Shown: positions 23,675-33,997, counted from the first letter of the stretch. The stretch is DNA of 64,000 nt from an uncultured Actinomycetes bacterium (GCA_963706025.1 CAVPLM010000005.1:1120001-1184000); one strand, 5' to 3'. The notes: generated from the sequence alone by a model not told the origin. A program made the numbers and translations.

Positions 23675-25231
23675 CTAGTCCTCCACTTTCCAGCAGTCCG
23701 ACGGGTTCTCTTGCCCCGCCTGACTGTTGGCCGGATGCGTTGCCAACCACTGCTCCGGGTCCTCGATGATCTGCCGGACCGTGGACTGGACCAGTTCCAG
23801 ATTCAGGATGTTGTAGCCCATCTCGTTTCTACCGGTGACGTAGTCGGGAGGCGTGAAACCCACGGCTATCATCTCGTCGGTCTTGACCTTGGCCCGCACC
23901 TTGATCAGGTCCGCCAGTCGGTCGATGGGGATATCCGTCTTCAAGTTGTCCTTGATGGCCCCCACGATGTCCGGGAACTTGAACGCTAGATCCCTCACGC
24001 CGTTCTGATAGAGCAAGGCCAGCAGGACGCAGCGCTGCCTCTGCATGCGGTGATAGTCGTCGCTCCCGGTCCGGGAGCGCGCGAAAGCCAGGGCTTCATG
24101 ACCGTCCAGGTGCCGGATGCCCGGCTGGATGTCGTAGATCCGGGCCTCCTCCCCTTTGGTGAACGACGCCATCCGTACCCAGATCCGCTCCTTCACATTG
24201 AGCGTGACTCCGCCGAAGGCATCGACCAGGTCGATGAACCCGTTCAGATCGACCACGGCGTAGTAGTCGATCGGGATGCCCAGCAGTCTGCTGACGGTCT
24301 CGCGCATCACCTGAGCCCCGGCGTCTCCTTCTCCCCCGGCCAGTTCGGGGTGGTTCTGCGCATCGAAGTAGAGACTGCTGATGAGGTCCAGATAGACGTC
24401 CGTGCCGAGAGCCTCGGCCGTCCGGTCGCTCAAAGCCAGCGAGCCGGTGTTGCGCGGGACACCGAAGAGCGCCACCGCCCCGGTCTTCAGATCGACCGTG
24501 GCGACAATGACGGTGTCCGCCCGGGCGCCGGTCCGGCGGTAGCCGGCGTCGGTGCCCAGAAGCAGGAACGTCAACCGCTCGTCATCGCCCGAGTCCAGCG
24601 GCGGCAGCGTGGTCGTGGTGGTCGAGCTGGTGGTAGTCGAACTGGTCGTGGTGGAGACCACCCCGGTCGAGGTCGTGCTCGCGATCGACGTGGTCGTCGT
24701 CGTGGAAGGCAGGCCCGACGTAGTGGTGGTCACTTCGTCGTCAGCCACGAACACGGTGGTCAGCAGATCGTGCGAGAGGAAGGCGTAGTAGCCGAACAGC
24801 GCGTGCGGCGCCACGGTCAGGAAGAGCAGCACCGCCAGCCCGACCCCGGCCAGTACTACCCGCAGTCTCGGGGGGGGATCGGCCGCCGCCGCGTACTGCG
24901 CCCCTCCCGCCCGGTACGCGTCCACGGCCGCATACAGCCGGAAGCCGAGCAAGAGGACGTTGAACCCGAGCAGCCCGAGTAGCACCTCGGGCTGGATCAC
25001 GAAGGCGAGAACCTCGTCGATCCCCTGCAGCGCGACGACGATACCGACTATGAGGAACAGCACGACCACCGCGAGCATGATGTAGCCGCGCCTGCGGGCT
25101 CCGGCGGCGATCTGCCCGGTCCCGGGGACCAACATGGAGAAAAAGGCGTACAGCAGGCGACGCACGTAGCGGTCACGGCCGCGCGGGTGCCGGTATTCGT
25201 TCCGGCTCAACGGCTCATCAGTACTTGCCAC
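23675..25231 (-). CDS. LytR-CpsA-Psr (LCP) family protein with N-terminal membrane helices
   Basis: LLLGTD...RADT, VPRN, ALAFARSR...DYHRMQRQ; Thr-rich linker; start approximate. Confidence 0.88.
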   Translation of the reverse strand: MASTDEPLSRNEYRHPRGRDRYVRRLLYAFFSMLVPGTGQIAAGARRRGYIMLAVVVLFLIVGIVVALQGIDEVLAFVIQPEVLLGLLGFNVLLLGFRLYAAVDAYRAGGAQYAAAADPPPRLRVVLAGVGLAVLLFLTVAPHALFGYYAFLSHDLLTTVFVADDEVTTTTSGLPSTTTTTSIASTTSTGVVSTTTSSTTTSSTTTTTLPPLDSGDDERLTFLLLGTDAGYRRTGARADTVIVATVDLKTGAVALFGVPRNTGSLALSDRTAEALGTDVYLDLISSLYFDAQNHPELAGGEGDAGAQVMRETVSRLLGIPIDYYAVVDLNGFIDLVDAFGGVTLNVKERIWVRMASFTKGEEARIYDIQPGIRHLDGHEALAFARSRTGSDDYHRMQRQRCVLLALLYQNGVRDLAFKFPDIVGAIKDNLKTDIPIDRLADLIKVRAKVKTDEMIAVGFTPPDYVTGRNEMGYNILNLELVQSTVRQIIEDPEQWLATHPANSQAGQENPSDCWKVED

Positions 25232-25545
25232 AACCGGTCGGAGCCTCGAGTCCCTTTCTTCCTGACACGACGAGAAGCGGGCCTGGTTCTGTCCAAGATT
25301 ATAGGATTGCACGCGCGCCTCTGACTACCTGCACCCCATGAGCTGTCTGAGTAGCGTGTGAAGACTCCGCAATCCGGCGCAATTCGGACCGCATTCGCGC
25401 TCTGAGACGGAGTCTGGTCTCGCCTTGTTCCGCGTGACAGGACCGTGGGTCGTTTGCCGGTTCGGCGCAAAAGCAGTACCTTCTTCGTTCGGGGGGGACA
25501 GAGGGAAACAAGGGATTCGGTGCGCTCGTGGCACTTGGGCACCTT

Positions 25546-25745
25546 GTGCTTGCCAAGACCCATGACACTGCGACCACCGACGGCGATTCCAATCTGCATG
25601 CCGAATTCAAGGCCATCCGTGAGGCCACTACAGCTCTGGGTTCAACCAATCTGTGCGGTACGGTGCTCTACTCCACCTGCGAACCATGCCCGATGTGCAC
25701 CGGTCTCGCGGTGTGGGCCAACCTGACGAGCATCGTGTACAGGTT
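25546..25745 (+). pseudogene. Fragment of a Zn-dependent nucleoside/guanine deaminase
   Basis: LHAEFKAIREA...LYSTCEPCPMC...IVY; no normal N-terminus, and similarity stops abruptly before the convergent gene. Confidence 0.65.
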
Positions 25746-25803
25746 CTCAAAGAGAGGTGCGAGGCTCTCTATTCGCCGGGGCCTGGGGAGCCGGGAGAAA
25801 CTG

Positions 25804-26205
25804 CTACAAGTTGATCACCTTGGCCGCGCGGAGCATGGTCTCGGAGATCGCGTACATGTTGGAGATCTCGCCGACCGCCACTTTCTCCTTGAGATCGAAG
25901 TGACCGAGACAGGTGCCGCACAGGAGTACCCGCGCCCCTCGGTCCACAAGGGCTCTGAGATCGTCGAGCGCTGGGGAGCCCTCGATCGCCAGCATCACCC
26001 CACTGTTGTAGAAGATGAGCAGGTCCGGTCTCGGCGTGACCTCGCCAAGGGTGTGCAAGAAGTTCCGGAGAAGCACCTGTCCGAGCTCATCGTCGCCCCG
26101 CCCCATCGTGTTGCTTGAGATAGCGACCACGGTCGATCCCCACTCTAGGTCCGCCCGGTCCCCAGGGCCCGCCCCGAGTTCACTTTTCAGCTTCTGATCG
26201 TTCAC
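25804..26205 (-). CDS. YedF-like selenium-metabolism protein (DsrE-like domain)
   Basis: MGRGDDELG..LL..F, FYNSGV, CGTCL, VGEISNMY signature. Confidence 0.8.
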   Translation of the reverse strand: MNDQKLKSELGAGPGDRADLEWGSTVVAISSNTMGRGDDELGQVLLRNFLHTLGEVTPRPDLLIFYNSGVMLAIEGSPALDDLRALVDRGARVLLCGTCLGHFDLKEKVAVGEISNMYAISETMLRAAKVINL

Positions 26206-26467
26206 CCGCCTTCTCCTCTCCTGGAAGTAGCATCTTGAGGTCGTGTATTGCCGATACCTGGACCCCGGTTGCCGCGAGCACCTTCTCGGCTCGTTCGCGA
26301 TCACCGAGGCTCACCCGCAGGCAGACGCCGCACTGGGAACTGATGGCCCGGGGCACGGGGATAAGCGAGCATGAGACCCCTGCTCGGATGAGCGCGGCCT
26401 CGCCCTTGATCGCGTGAGAGGCCGAGGGCACGAGAAACAGACTATGGGTGGGAGCGGAGGGCCTCAT
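26180..26467 (-). CDS. DUF3343 family protein
   Basis: HAIKGE...LIPVPRAISSQCGVCLR. Confidence 0.75.
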   Translation of the reverse strand: MRPSAPTHSLFLVPSASHAIKGEAALIRAGVSCSLIPVPRAISSQCGVCLRVSLGDRERAEKVLAATGVQVSAIHDLKMLLPGEEKAGERSEAEK

Positions 26468-27649
26468 TCAGTTTCGCCCCTTGCCTCTGCTCCGTGCCAG
26501 ATGGCGGACGGCCCGTAGGGCGAGATCTACGTCATTCGCGGTGGTGAAGGCACTGAGAGACAACCTCACCGTCCCGGCGGGGAACGTCCCCAGGGTCTTG
26601 TGAGCGGCGGGGCTGCAGTGAAGTCCCACCCGGGCGGCGATATCGAACTCCTCGTCCAAGCGCAGGCCGATCTCCCCCGGATCCGGGCCATCAAGGGTGA
26701 AGGACACCACCGGAAGCTGCCGGGAAGCATCGAGAGTCCCTTTGACCTCCACTCCGGGAATCTCGCAGAGACCCTCGATCAAGCGGGCGGTAAGGTCACA
26801 CTCCCGGTCGCGCAACTCCTCCACTCCCTGCTCCACCAGCCAGCGGACTCCCGCTTCGAGCCCGGCCAGCCCCACAACGTTCATGGTCCCGCTCTCGAAC
26901 TTGTCCGGTAGGAAACGGGGCTGGATCTCCGATTCGGAGTCGCTGCCTGTACCGCCGCGTATGAGCGGCTGCAAGCCGGCGATGTCCACTCTTTCGCCGA
27001 TGACAAGGCCTCCCGTCCCGGTCGGTCCGTACAAGGCCTTGTGCCCGGTGAAGGCCAGAAGGTCGGCGCCCAGATCGTCCAGATCGATGGGTAGAGCACC
27101 GACGGACTGAGCCCCGTCTACGAGCAGAAGGAGATTCCGAGCGCGGGTGATGGCCGCTACCTCTTTCACGGGAAGAAGCGTGCCCACGACGTTGGAGGCA
27201 TGAGTCATAACAACCATCGTGGTCTCCGGGCGCAGGGCCTGCTCCACCGCGGCGACGTCGAGCCCTCCTTCTGGAGAGCAGGGGACCACCGTGACTGCGG
27301 TTCCTTCCATCTCAAGAGCGCGTAAGGGCCTCATGACCGAGTTGTGCTCCATGCTGGTGGTCACCACGTGCTGACCCGGTCCGAGGAGGCCGCACATGGC
27401 CAGGTTGAGGGCATGAGTGGCGTTGGCGCAGAAGACGACCCGCAGGGGATCCGGCACTCCCAGCAGACCGGCCACCGCCTCCCGAGCCCGGAAGACCACT
27501 CGGGCGGCTTCGATCGAAAGACGGTGACCGGAGCGGCCGGGATTGGCGCCGACTTCGCCGAGGAAGTGCTCCATGGCCGCGATCACCGGGGGCGGTTTCG
27601 GCCAGCTGGTGGCCGCGTTGTCGAGATAGACGACGCGAGACGGTATCAC
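26468..27649 (-). CDS. Cysteine desulfurase/selenocysteine lyase family (class V aminotransferase)
   Basis: YLDNAATS, HASNV, DGAQ, TGHK (PLP Lys), RVGLHCSP. Confidence 0.9.
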   Translation of the reverse strand: MIPSRVVYLDNAATSWPKPPPVIAAMEHFLGEVGANPGRSGHRLSIEAARVVFRAREAVAGLLGVPDPLRVVFCANATHALNLAMCGLLGPGQHVVTTSMEHNSVMRPLRALEMEGTAVTVVPCSPEGGLDVAAVEQALRPETTMVVMTHASNVVGTLLPVKEVAAITRARNLLLLVDGAQSVGALPIDLDDLGADLLAFTGHKALYGPTGTGGLVIGERVDIAGLQPLIRGGTGSDSESEIQPRFLPDKFESGTMNVVGLAGLEAGVRWLVEQGVEELRDRECDLTARLIEGLCEIPGVEVKGTLDASRQLPVVSFTLDGPDPGEIGLRLDEEFDIAARVGLHCSPAAHKTLGTFPAGTVRLSLSAFTTANDVDLALRAVRHLARSRGKGRN

Positions 27650-28496
27650 CGCTCCTGCTTCCGGCGCGGCATCATTGGGGCCGGGGATCCCGACAAACGA
27701 TCTGACAAGGCCTGCACCCTACTCGGGGTCTCGGGGCCGGTCATAGGGATCCCGTGCCCGCCGGCGACCACGAGGGGCCCCAGCTCGGCCAGAGCGGCGA
27801 CCGATTTCCTTCGCCACCCGCCAACTCCAGGTGGCGTACCAGGGCGGGCCGGAGACCTCCTGCCTGCTTGTGAGAAGTCCCCACACCGAGTTGAGGGTCT
27901 ACAGTCACCAGGGCGTCGCCCGTGATCAAGACCCGGTCGCTCCGCCGGAAGAACGCGACGTGCCCGGGCGTATGGCCCGGCGTGGGAACGGCCTCCCAGT
28001 CGGGAAGACCAGGGAGCTCGGCCACGCGGATCGAAGGGCCGGACCACGTCCTCGAGGCTCGCCCGCGCGACCATCGACTCGGTCCGCTTCGGCCCCAGGA
28101 GGCGCAGCCAGGGCAGGACGATCCAGCGGTCGAGCGGGTTGGCATACGTATGGAAGACCGAGACGCCTCCAAGGACCAGCGGTAGCTCGTCGGGATGCAC
28201 CCAGACGGGGCGATTCCAGACCTGCGCCAGTTCGCGGGCCGAGCCGGCGTGATCGGGGTGGTCGTGTGTGAGCAGGATCGAAGCCGGAGGCGAGTCCTCC
28301 CCGAACAAGGACTCCGCGGCCTTCTGGATCGAGCGGCCGCAGTTCGCCGACGCGGCGTCGATGAGGGTCCACGATGGACCCGACCGCACGAAGTAGACGT
28401 TCGACCGGAGAAGCCCCTTTCCCACCTCCAGGTAGTACACGCCCGGGGCGATCTCCCGGGGCAGCCGGTGTCGGTCTCTCTCAGTCGCCAGGCCAC
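27646..28496 (-). CDS. MBL-fold metallo-hydrolase (frameshifted)
   Basis: THDHPDH, PTPGHTPGH, LITGD, AGGHG motifs in alternating frames. Confidence 0.75.
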
Positions 28497-28826
28497 AGCG
28501 TTCTCTCCTTCGACATGGTTCGCCTCTACTAGGGCCTCGAGCCGGCTATGCCAATGGCCCCCACCGTCGCTCCCATATCTCCCCGCTTTTCCCTGGTTCA
28601 GTCAAGGCTCGCCCGGCCCTCCGACTCCGTTCCCGCGAACGGTCTATACCTCGTTATGGCGCGAGAGGGGACGCAGAGTGCGAGGTCCGCTGGACAGGCG
28701 GACACGTGCCAGATACAGTCTGCATATCCCTCGAGCCGTGGGTGCCGCGAGGGACGAGGGACTTCAGAGTCACACGGCTGCACAGCCGTTGTAAGGCCGA
28801 GCAATCACAGCAGAGGAGAGGGTTGC

Positions 28827-29789
28827 ATGATCAGGGAGATCACTGCGCACGAGCTTGACCCCGAGAGCTTCATCAGGGAGAAGGTAGAGGACATCAGGCG
28901 CACCGTAGGAGGCGGGTGGGCCATCAACGCCCTTTCCGGTGGCGTCGATTCGTCCACGGTCACGATGCTGGGGCACCGCGCCCTGGGCGAGCGTCTGAGG
29001 ACGGTCTTCGTCGAGAACGGCCTTATGCGCGCCGGCGAAGCCGAGCAGGTCACCGGCTTTTTCCGGGCCCTCGGCGTCACGGTCGAAGTCGTCGACGCGC
29101 GCGCGGAGTTCTTTGCCGCGCTCAAGGGCATCACGGACCCCGAGGCGAAGCGCGAGGCCATCACGCAGACCTTCTATCGCGAGGTCTTCGGCCGTCTCGT
29201 CCGGGAAAGCGGGGCGAATCACCTGCTCCAGGGGACCATCCTGACCGACGTGGATGAGACCGTCGCCGGGATCAAGCGACAGCACAACGTCTTCGAGCAG
29301 TTGGGGATCGATCCGCAGGCGGCGTTCGGCTACCGGATCCTGGAGCCGCTCATCCAGTTGCGCAAGGACGGTGTGAGAAAGCTGGGTCAGGCGCTCGGAC
29401 TGCCGGGCGAACTGTTCCAGCGCATCCCCTTCCCGGGGCCGGCGCTTGCCGCCCGCGTGATCGGCGAGGCGACACCGGAGCGCATCGAGACGGTCCGGCA
29501 GGCCACCCGGGTGGTCGAGCGGTTGCTCTCGGGCTACGGCACCTTCCAGTACCTGGCCATCCTGCACGAAGACCGGGTGACGGGGATGCGCGACGGCCGG
29601 CGCGACTTCGGCCAGCAGATCGAGGTGCGGTGTTGGGACAGCGTCGACGCCCGTACGGCGACGCCTGCCCGCGTCCCGTTCGAGATCCTCGAGCAGCTCG
29701 CGCAGGAGATCGTCGGCGCGGTGCCGGGAATCGTCAGTGTCACCTACAACATAGCGACCAAACCGCCGTCGACCATCGAAGCTGTCTGA
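28827..29789 (+). CDS. guaAB: GMP synthase ATP-pyrophosphatase subunit B (no glutaminase domain)
   Basis: ALSGGVDS, DPEAKR, LQGTI, EPL..LRKD, PFPGPALAAR, KPPSTIE; GAGGAG RBS. Confidence 0.85.
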   Translation: MIREITAHELDPESFIREKVEDIRRTVGGGWAINALSGGVDSSTVTMLGHRALGERLRTVFVENGLMRAGEAEQVTGFFRALGVTVEVVDARAEFFAALKGITDPEAKREAITQTFYREVFGRLVRESGANHLLQGTILTDVDETVAGIKRQHNVFEQLGIDPQAAFGYRILEPLIQLRKDGVRKLGQALGLPGELFQRIPFPGPALAARVIGEATPERIETVRQATRVVERLLSGYGTFQYLAILHEDRVTGMRDGRRDFGQQIEVRCWDSVDARTATPARVPFEILEQLAQEIVGAVPGIVSVTYNIATKPPSTIEAV

Positions 29790-29966
29790 CTACCGATTGG
29801 CTTGCGCGGCCTTCGTGACTCGTGTGCTGGAGGGGCTGCGAGTTCCGCGCCATCCAGGAGTCCCCGGGTCGCAAGGACGTGCGTACGACCATGGTCCGCA
29901 CTGGATGATGCTTGCTAGAAGGCCCGTCCCAGGGTTCGCGTTAGGGTGGAACGCCTTATTCGCGAC

Positions 29967-29986
29967 TGTACCAATTGTGGTACACT
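29967..29986 (+). promoter_or_regulatory. Palindromic operator overlapping an extended -10 of the TA operon
   Basis: TGTACCA-attg-TGGTACA palindrome; TGgTACACT ends 6 nt before GTG 29993, which implies a leaderless mRNA. Confidence 0.65.
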
Positions 29987-29992
29987 CCTGAC

Positions 29993-30352
29993 GTGAGTCA
30001 GCCGGGCGAAAGCCAGCCGATCCTCTCCGTTGCGTTCTACGTGAGCGCAGCCGGGAACGAGCCCGTTCGGGAGTGGCTGCTAGCCCTGCCTCGCGACGAC
30101 CGCAAAGCAGTCGGGCGCGACATCAAGACGGCTCAGTACGGATGGCCGCTGGGCATGCCGCTCATCCGGAGGCTCGAGCCCGGGCTGTGGGAGGTGCGAT
30201 CTCGTCTCGGCGCCGGAATCGCGCGAGTGCTGTTCACGGTCGAGGCGCAGACCATGGTCCTGCTGCACGCGTTCGTGAAGAAGTCGCAGAAGACGCCGGC
30301 GACGGACCTCAAGATCGCCAGGCAGCGCCTGGCCGACCTGCGAAGGGAGTGA
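29993..30352 (+). CDS. RelE/ParE-like (Gp49/HigB) toxin
   Basis: GNEPVREWL, GWPLGMPL, GLWEVR, LLHAFVKKSQKTP. Confidence 0.88.
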   Translation: MSQPGESQPILSVAFYVSAAGNEPVREWLLALPRDDRKAVGRDIKTAQYGWPLGMPLIRRLEPGLWEVRSRLGAGIARVLFTVEAQTMVLLHAFVKKSQKTPATDLKIARQRLADLRRE

Positions 30353-30357
30353 GTGAG

Positions 30358-30642
30358 ATGACCAACAAGCACATCGGCAGTGACTTCGACGAGTTCCTGC
30401 GCGACGAGGGCTTGCTCGATGACGCCGAGTCGGTGGCCGCTAAGCGCGTGATCGCCTTCCAGATCGCCCGCGAGATGGAGCGTGCTCACATCACGCAGGC
30501 TGAGCTGGCCCGTCGCATGAAGACCAGTCGTTCGGCTGTCGAGCGCCTGCTCGATCCCGCCAACCCGTCCGTGACGCTTTCCACGTTGGAGCGCGCCGCC
30601 AGCGCGGTGGGCAAGCGCCTGACGGTGCAGTTGAGTGCATAG
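30358..30642 (+). CDS. XRE/HTH antitoxin (HigA-like)
   Basis: HIGSDFDEFL, ITQAELARRMKTSRS...SVTLSTL; directly downstream of the toxin. Confidence 0.88.
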   Translation: MTNKHIGSDFDEFLRDEGLLDDAESVAAKRVIAFQIAREMERAHITQAELARRMKTSRSAVERLLDPANPSVTLSTLERAASAVGKRLTVQLSA

Positions 30643-30651
30643 CCGCGGCAT

Positions 30652-30717
30652 TTCTAACAAGCGAATCGAGCAGACGCCCAGAAGGCTCGCGACAGCCTCT
30701 ACCTGCGCTTGCTTGCG
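30652..30717 (+). other. Degenerate integron attC-like site
   Basis: TTCTAAC-AAGCG-AATCGAGCAGACG left arm plus an internal AGGCT/AGCCT hairpin; right arm eroded; GTTAGGG core-like site at 29940. Confidence 0.45.
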
Positions 30718-30840
30718 AAATACTCAATACAGTGTAATCCTCAAGACCCAGAGCGCTCTTCAGCAAGTGAACTGGCGGCCAGGGTACCTCCGATGGAGTT
30801 CTCGCTGTAGATAGCTACCAGGAGGCTCGCTCTCTGAGTT

Positions 30841-31221
30841 ATGACATCGATCGGTTACAAGCGGCTTAGCACAGGGCCTGATGGCAGGTCGCGCATCGAA
30901 GAGGGTCTGGAGATCGACATGGAGATCCTCGACTTCAGCCCGCCGGCCCCGCCATTCCACGTGTCGTCACATGCACCCGCTTTGGCATACGTGTTCCTCC
31001 GTATCCCGGTTGGGTTCTGGGGAGACTGGCACGTCAGTCCAAAGCGCCAATGGATCTTCTGTCTCCAAGGAGAGATGGAGTATGAAGCCGGGGACGGCAC
31101 AAGATGCGTTCTTTCTCCAGGAGGCTACATGCTGACTGAGGACACGAGCGGCCAGGGACACCGGAGCCGCGTCACAAGCGAGATCGACGCTCTTCTGCTG
31201 GCCGTCCAGTTGGAGCCGTAG
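30841..31221 (+). CDS. Cupin-domain protein
   Basis: DWHVSPKRQW..L.GE...EDTSGQGH. Confidence 0.75.
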   Translation: MTSIGYKRLSTGPDGRSRIEEGLEIDMEILDFSPPAPPFHVSSHAPALAYVFLRIPVGFWGDWHVSPKRQWIFCLQGEMEYEAGDGTRCVLSPGGYMLTEDTSGQGHRSRVTSEIDALLLAVQLEP

Positions 31222-31223
31222 CA

Positions 31224-31604
31224 GTGCTGCTCGAGCGGCTGCCCAACAGGCAGTTCATATCCGAGGCCATCATCCCGGTTGATGCGTCGTTCATCACCTC
31301 GTCCATGTCCAGCGGTGAACCGGGCTTGCCGGCGCGGTTTCGTTGGCGCGATACCGAGTTCGAAGTGGCGGCGGTGCTGGAGAAATGGAAGACGACGGGA
31401 GACTGCCGCCACGGGAGCGGCGAACAGTACGTGCGCAAGCACTGGTTCAGGGTCGAGGTCACCGACGGAACACAGATGGACATCTATTTCGACCGGCAAC
31501 CGCGATCGGGGCGGAACAAGCAGAGATGGTGGCTTGCCACCATTCTAGAGAGGGAGACGGACCAACCTACTATCGGAGAAGGGTTTCATGGAGGTCAGAC
31601 TTAA
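31224..31604 (+). CDS. Hypothetical protein (DUF6504-like)
   Basis: GEPGLPARFRWR...YVRKHWFRV...IYFDR...WW. Confidence 0.6.
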   Translation: MLLERLPNRQFISEAIIPVDASFITSSMSSGEPGLPARFRWRDTEFEVAAVLEKWKTTGDCRHGSGEQYVRKHWFRVEVTDGTQMDIYFDRQPRSGRNKQRWWLATILERETDQPTIGEGFHGGQT

Positions 31605-32442
31605 CGCCGGCGGGACGAACTCACTTGCGACCAAGGTCTTCTTCTGCGACGAGGAGGGATTCGAAGTCGCCTCCGTCATCGTCATGGGAAAGACCGATGC
31701 GGTGCTGATCGACGCGCAATGGACGCTGTCCAATGCCCATCGGGTCGTCGCCGAGATACTGGAAACGGGCAAGGATTTGAAAACGATCTACCTCACGCAT
31801 GCGCATCCCGATCACTACTTCGGAGTGGGCACGATCGCGCAGGCGTTCCCCAAAGCCCGGGTGGTGGCGGTACCCTCGGAGGCCGACATCATCAACAAGC
31901 AGTTCTTCGGCAAGATCGAGATCTGGGAAGGCGTGATAGGGGCTCACAACGTCTGTAGAGAGACGGTGACGGTGGAGTCTCTGCACGAAGACCACTTGGA
32001 GCTGGAGGGGCAGCGCCTCGAGATCATCTCGAAAGTCATGGGCGACATGAGATACAACACCATGGTGTGGATACCGTCGACGAAGACCCTCTACGCCAGC
32101 GACGTCCTGTTCAATCAGGCGCACCCGTTCACCTGCGAGCTCACGGCGGACGAGCGCAGGCAGTGGATAGCGGAAGTCGACAAGATAGAGAAGATGGGCG
32201 CCGAGGTGATCATCCCCGGTCACCAGAAACCCGGGATGCAGTTCGATAGGAGCTCGCTGGATTTCACGAGAGAGTACCTTGTTGCCACCGAAGAGGAACT
32301 GGCGAGAACGGCAGACGTCGCCGGTTTCTACTACGCCATGGCCGAACGCTTCCCCGAGGCCAATCTCCTTCATCTAAGCAACGAGATGAACGCGAACGTG
32401 TTCAAGGGAGACAGAGACTGGCACTGGCGCGAAGAGGACTAG
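31588..32442 (+). CDS. MBL-fold metallo-hydrolase
   Basis: LIDAQ, THAHPDH, ASD, IPGH. Confidence 0.85.
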   Translation: MEVRLNAGGTNSLATKVFFCDEEGFEVASVIVMGKTDAVLIDAQWTLSNAHRVVAEILETGKDLKTIYLTHAHPDHYFGVGTIAQAFPKARVVAVPSEADIINKQFFGKIEIWEGVIGAHNVCRETVTVESLHEDHLELEGQRLEIISKVMGDMRYNTMVWIPSTKTLYASDVLFNQAHPFTCELTADERRQWIAEVDKIEKMGAEVIIPGHQKPGMQFDRSSLDFTREYLVATEEELARTADVAGFYYAMAERFPEANLLHLSNEMNANVFKGDRDWHWREED

Positions 32443-32480
32443 GGGCTTGACGGAGAGGCCTTTCGGCCGAAGGGGGCGCC

Positions 32481-33997
32481 GTGGCGAGCAGCGTGGGTTT
32501 CGACAACGAGAAGTACCTCGAGGAGCAGAGCCTTGCGATCGTCGAGCGCTCGGACCGCATCGGCGGCAGGCTCTACCTCGAGTTCGGCGGGAAGATCGCG
32601 TACGACTTCCACGCCGCCCGCGTTCTCCCCGGCTACGACCCGAACGTCAAGATCCGCCTGCTGCAGAAGCTGAAGGACCAGGCCGAGATCGTCGTCTGCA
32701 TCTACGCGGGGGCGATCGAGCGGCGCAAGATGCGCGCCGACTTCGGGATCCCCTACGACGTCGACGCGCTGAAGCTCATCGACGACCTGCGCGACTGGGG
32801 CCTGCTGGTGCGCGCGGTGGTCATCACCCGCTTCGAGGACCAGCCCTCGGCGCGCGTCTTCAAGGCGCGGCTCGAGCGCCGCGGCATCCCCGTCTACGCG
32901 CACCGCTCCACCAGCGGATACCCCACCGACGTCGATCGCATCGTGAGCGACGAGGGCTACGGCGCCAACGACTACATCCCCACCGAGCGGCCGGTCGTCG
33001 TGGTGGCCGGCCCCGGCCCGGGCAGCGGCAAGCTGGCCACCTGCCTGTCGCAGGTCTACCACGAGCATCGCCGCGGCAACGCCGCCGGCTACGCCAAGTT
33101 CGAGACGTTCCCGATCTGGAACCTGCCGCTCAAGCACCCGGTGAACGTGGCCTACGAGGCGGCCACGGTGGAACTGCAGGACGTCAACCAGATCGATCCC
33201 TTCCACCTGGAGGCCTACGGCGAGCAGGCGGTCAACTACAACCGCGACATCGAGGCCTTCCCGCTGGTCGCGCGGATCCTGCAGCGCATCGGTGGCGACG
33301 CGTTCTACCGGTCGCCGACCGACATGGGCGTGAACCGCGCGGGGTTCGCGATCGTGGACGACGCGGTGGTGCGCGCTGCGGCCGAGCAGGAGGTGATCCG
33401 CCGGCACTTCCGCTACGCCTGCGAGTACGCGGTGGGGCTGGTGGAGCGCGAGGACGCCGACCGCGCGCGGCTGATCATGAACGAGCTGGGCCTCGACGAG
33501 GACCAGCGGGTGGTGGTGCAGCCCCGCGCGCGAGGCGGCCGCCGAGGGCGAGGCAAGAGGCAAGGGCAACGAGGGCGTCTTCTGCGGCGCCGCCATCGCC
33601 CTGCCCGACGGCCACATCGTCACCGGCAAGAACTCCACGCTGATGCACGCCGCCTCCGCCGTGGTGCTGAACGCCGTGAAGCACCTGTCGCGCATCCCGG
33701 ACGACATGCCGCTCCTGACCCTGAACGTCATGGAGTCGATCGCCGGGATGAAGAAGGACATCCTGCAGATGAAGTCGGTGAGCCTCGACCTCGACGAGAT
33801 GCTGATCGCCCTCGGCATCAGCGCCACCACCAACCCAGCCGCCCAGGCGGCCGTGGGGCAGCTTGACGCAGCTCTCAGGGTGCGAGTTCCACACGACCCA
33901 CCTGCCGACGGCGGGCGACGAGGCCGGCCTGCGGCGGCTGGGCCTCAACGCCACCAGCGACCCGCAGTTCGCCACCCGGTCGCTGGTCATCGGCTAG
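32481..33997 (+). CDS. DUF1846 family protein (frameshifted in the 3' third)
   Basis: [53 protein letters not shown]. Confidence 0.85.

Noticed and set aside
25320-25540. Possible tRNA or riboswitch in the long intergenic region
   Set aside because: No cloverleaf, T-loop or recognisable aptamer consensus by eye; an Rfam scan was not possible.
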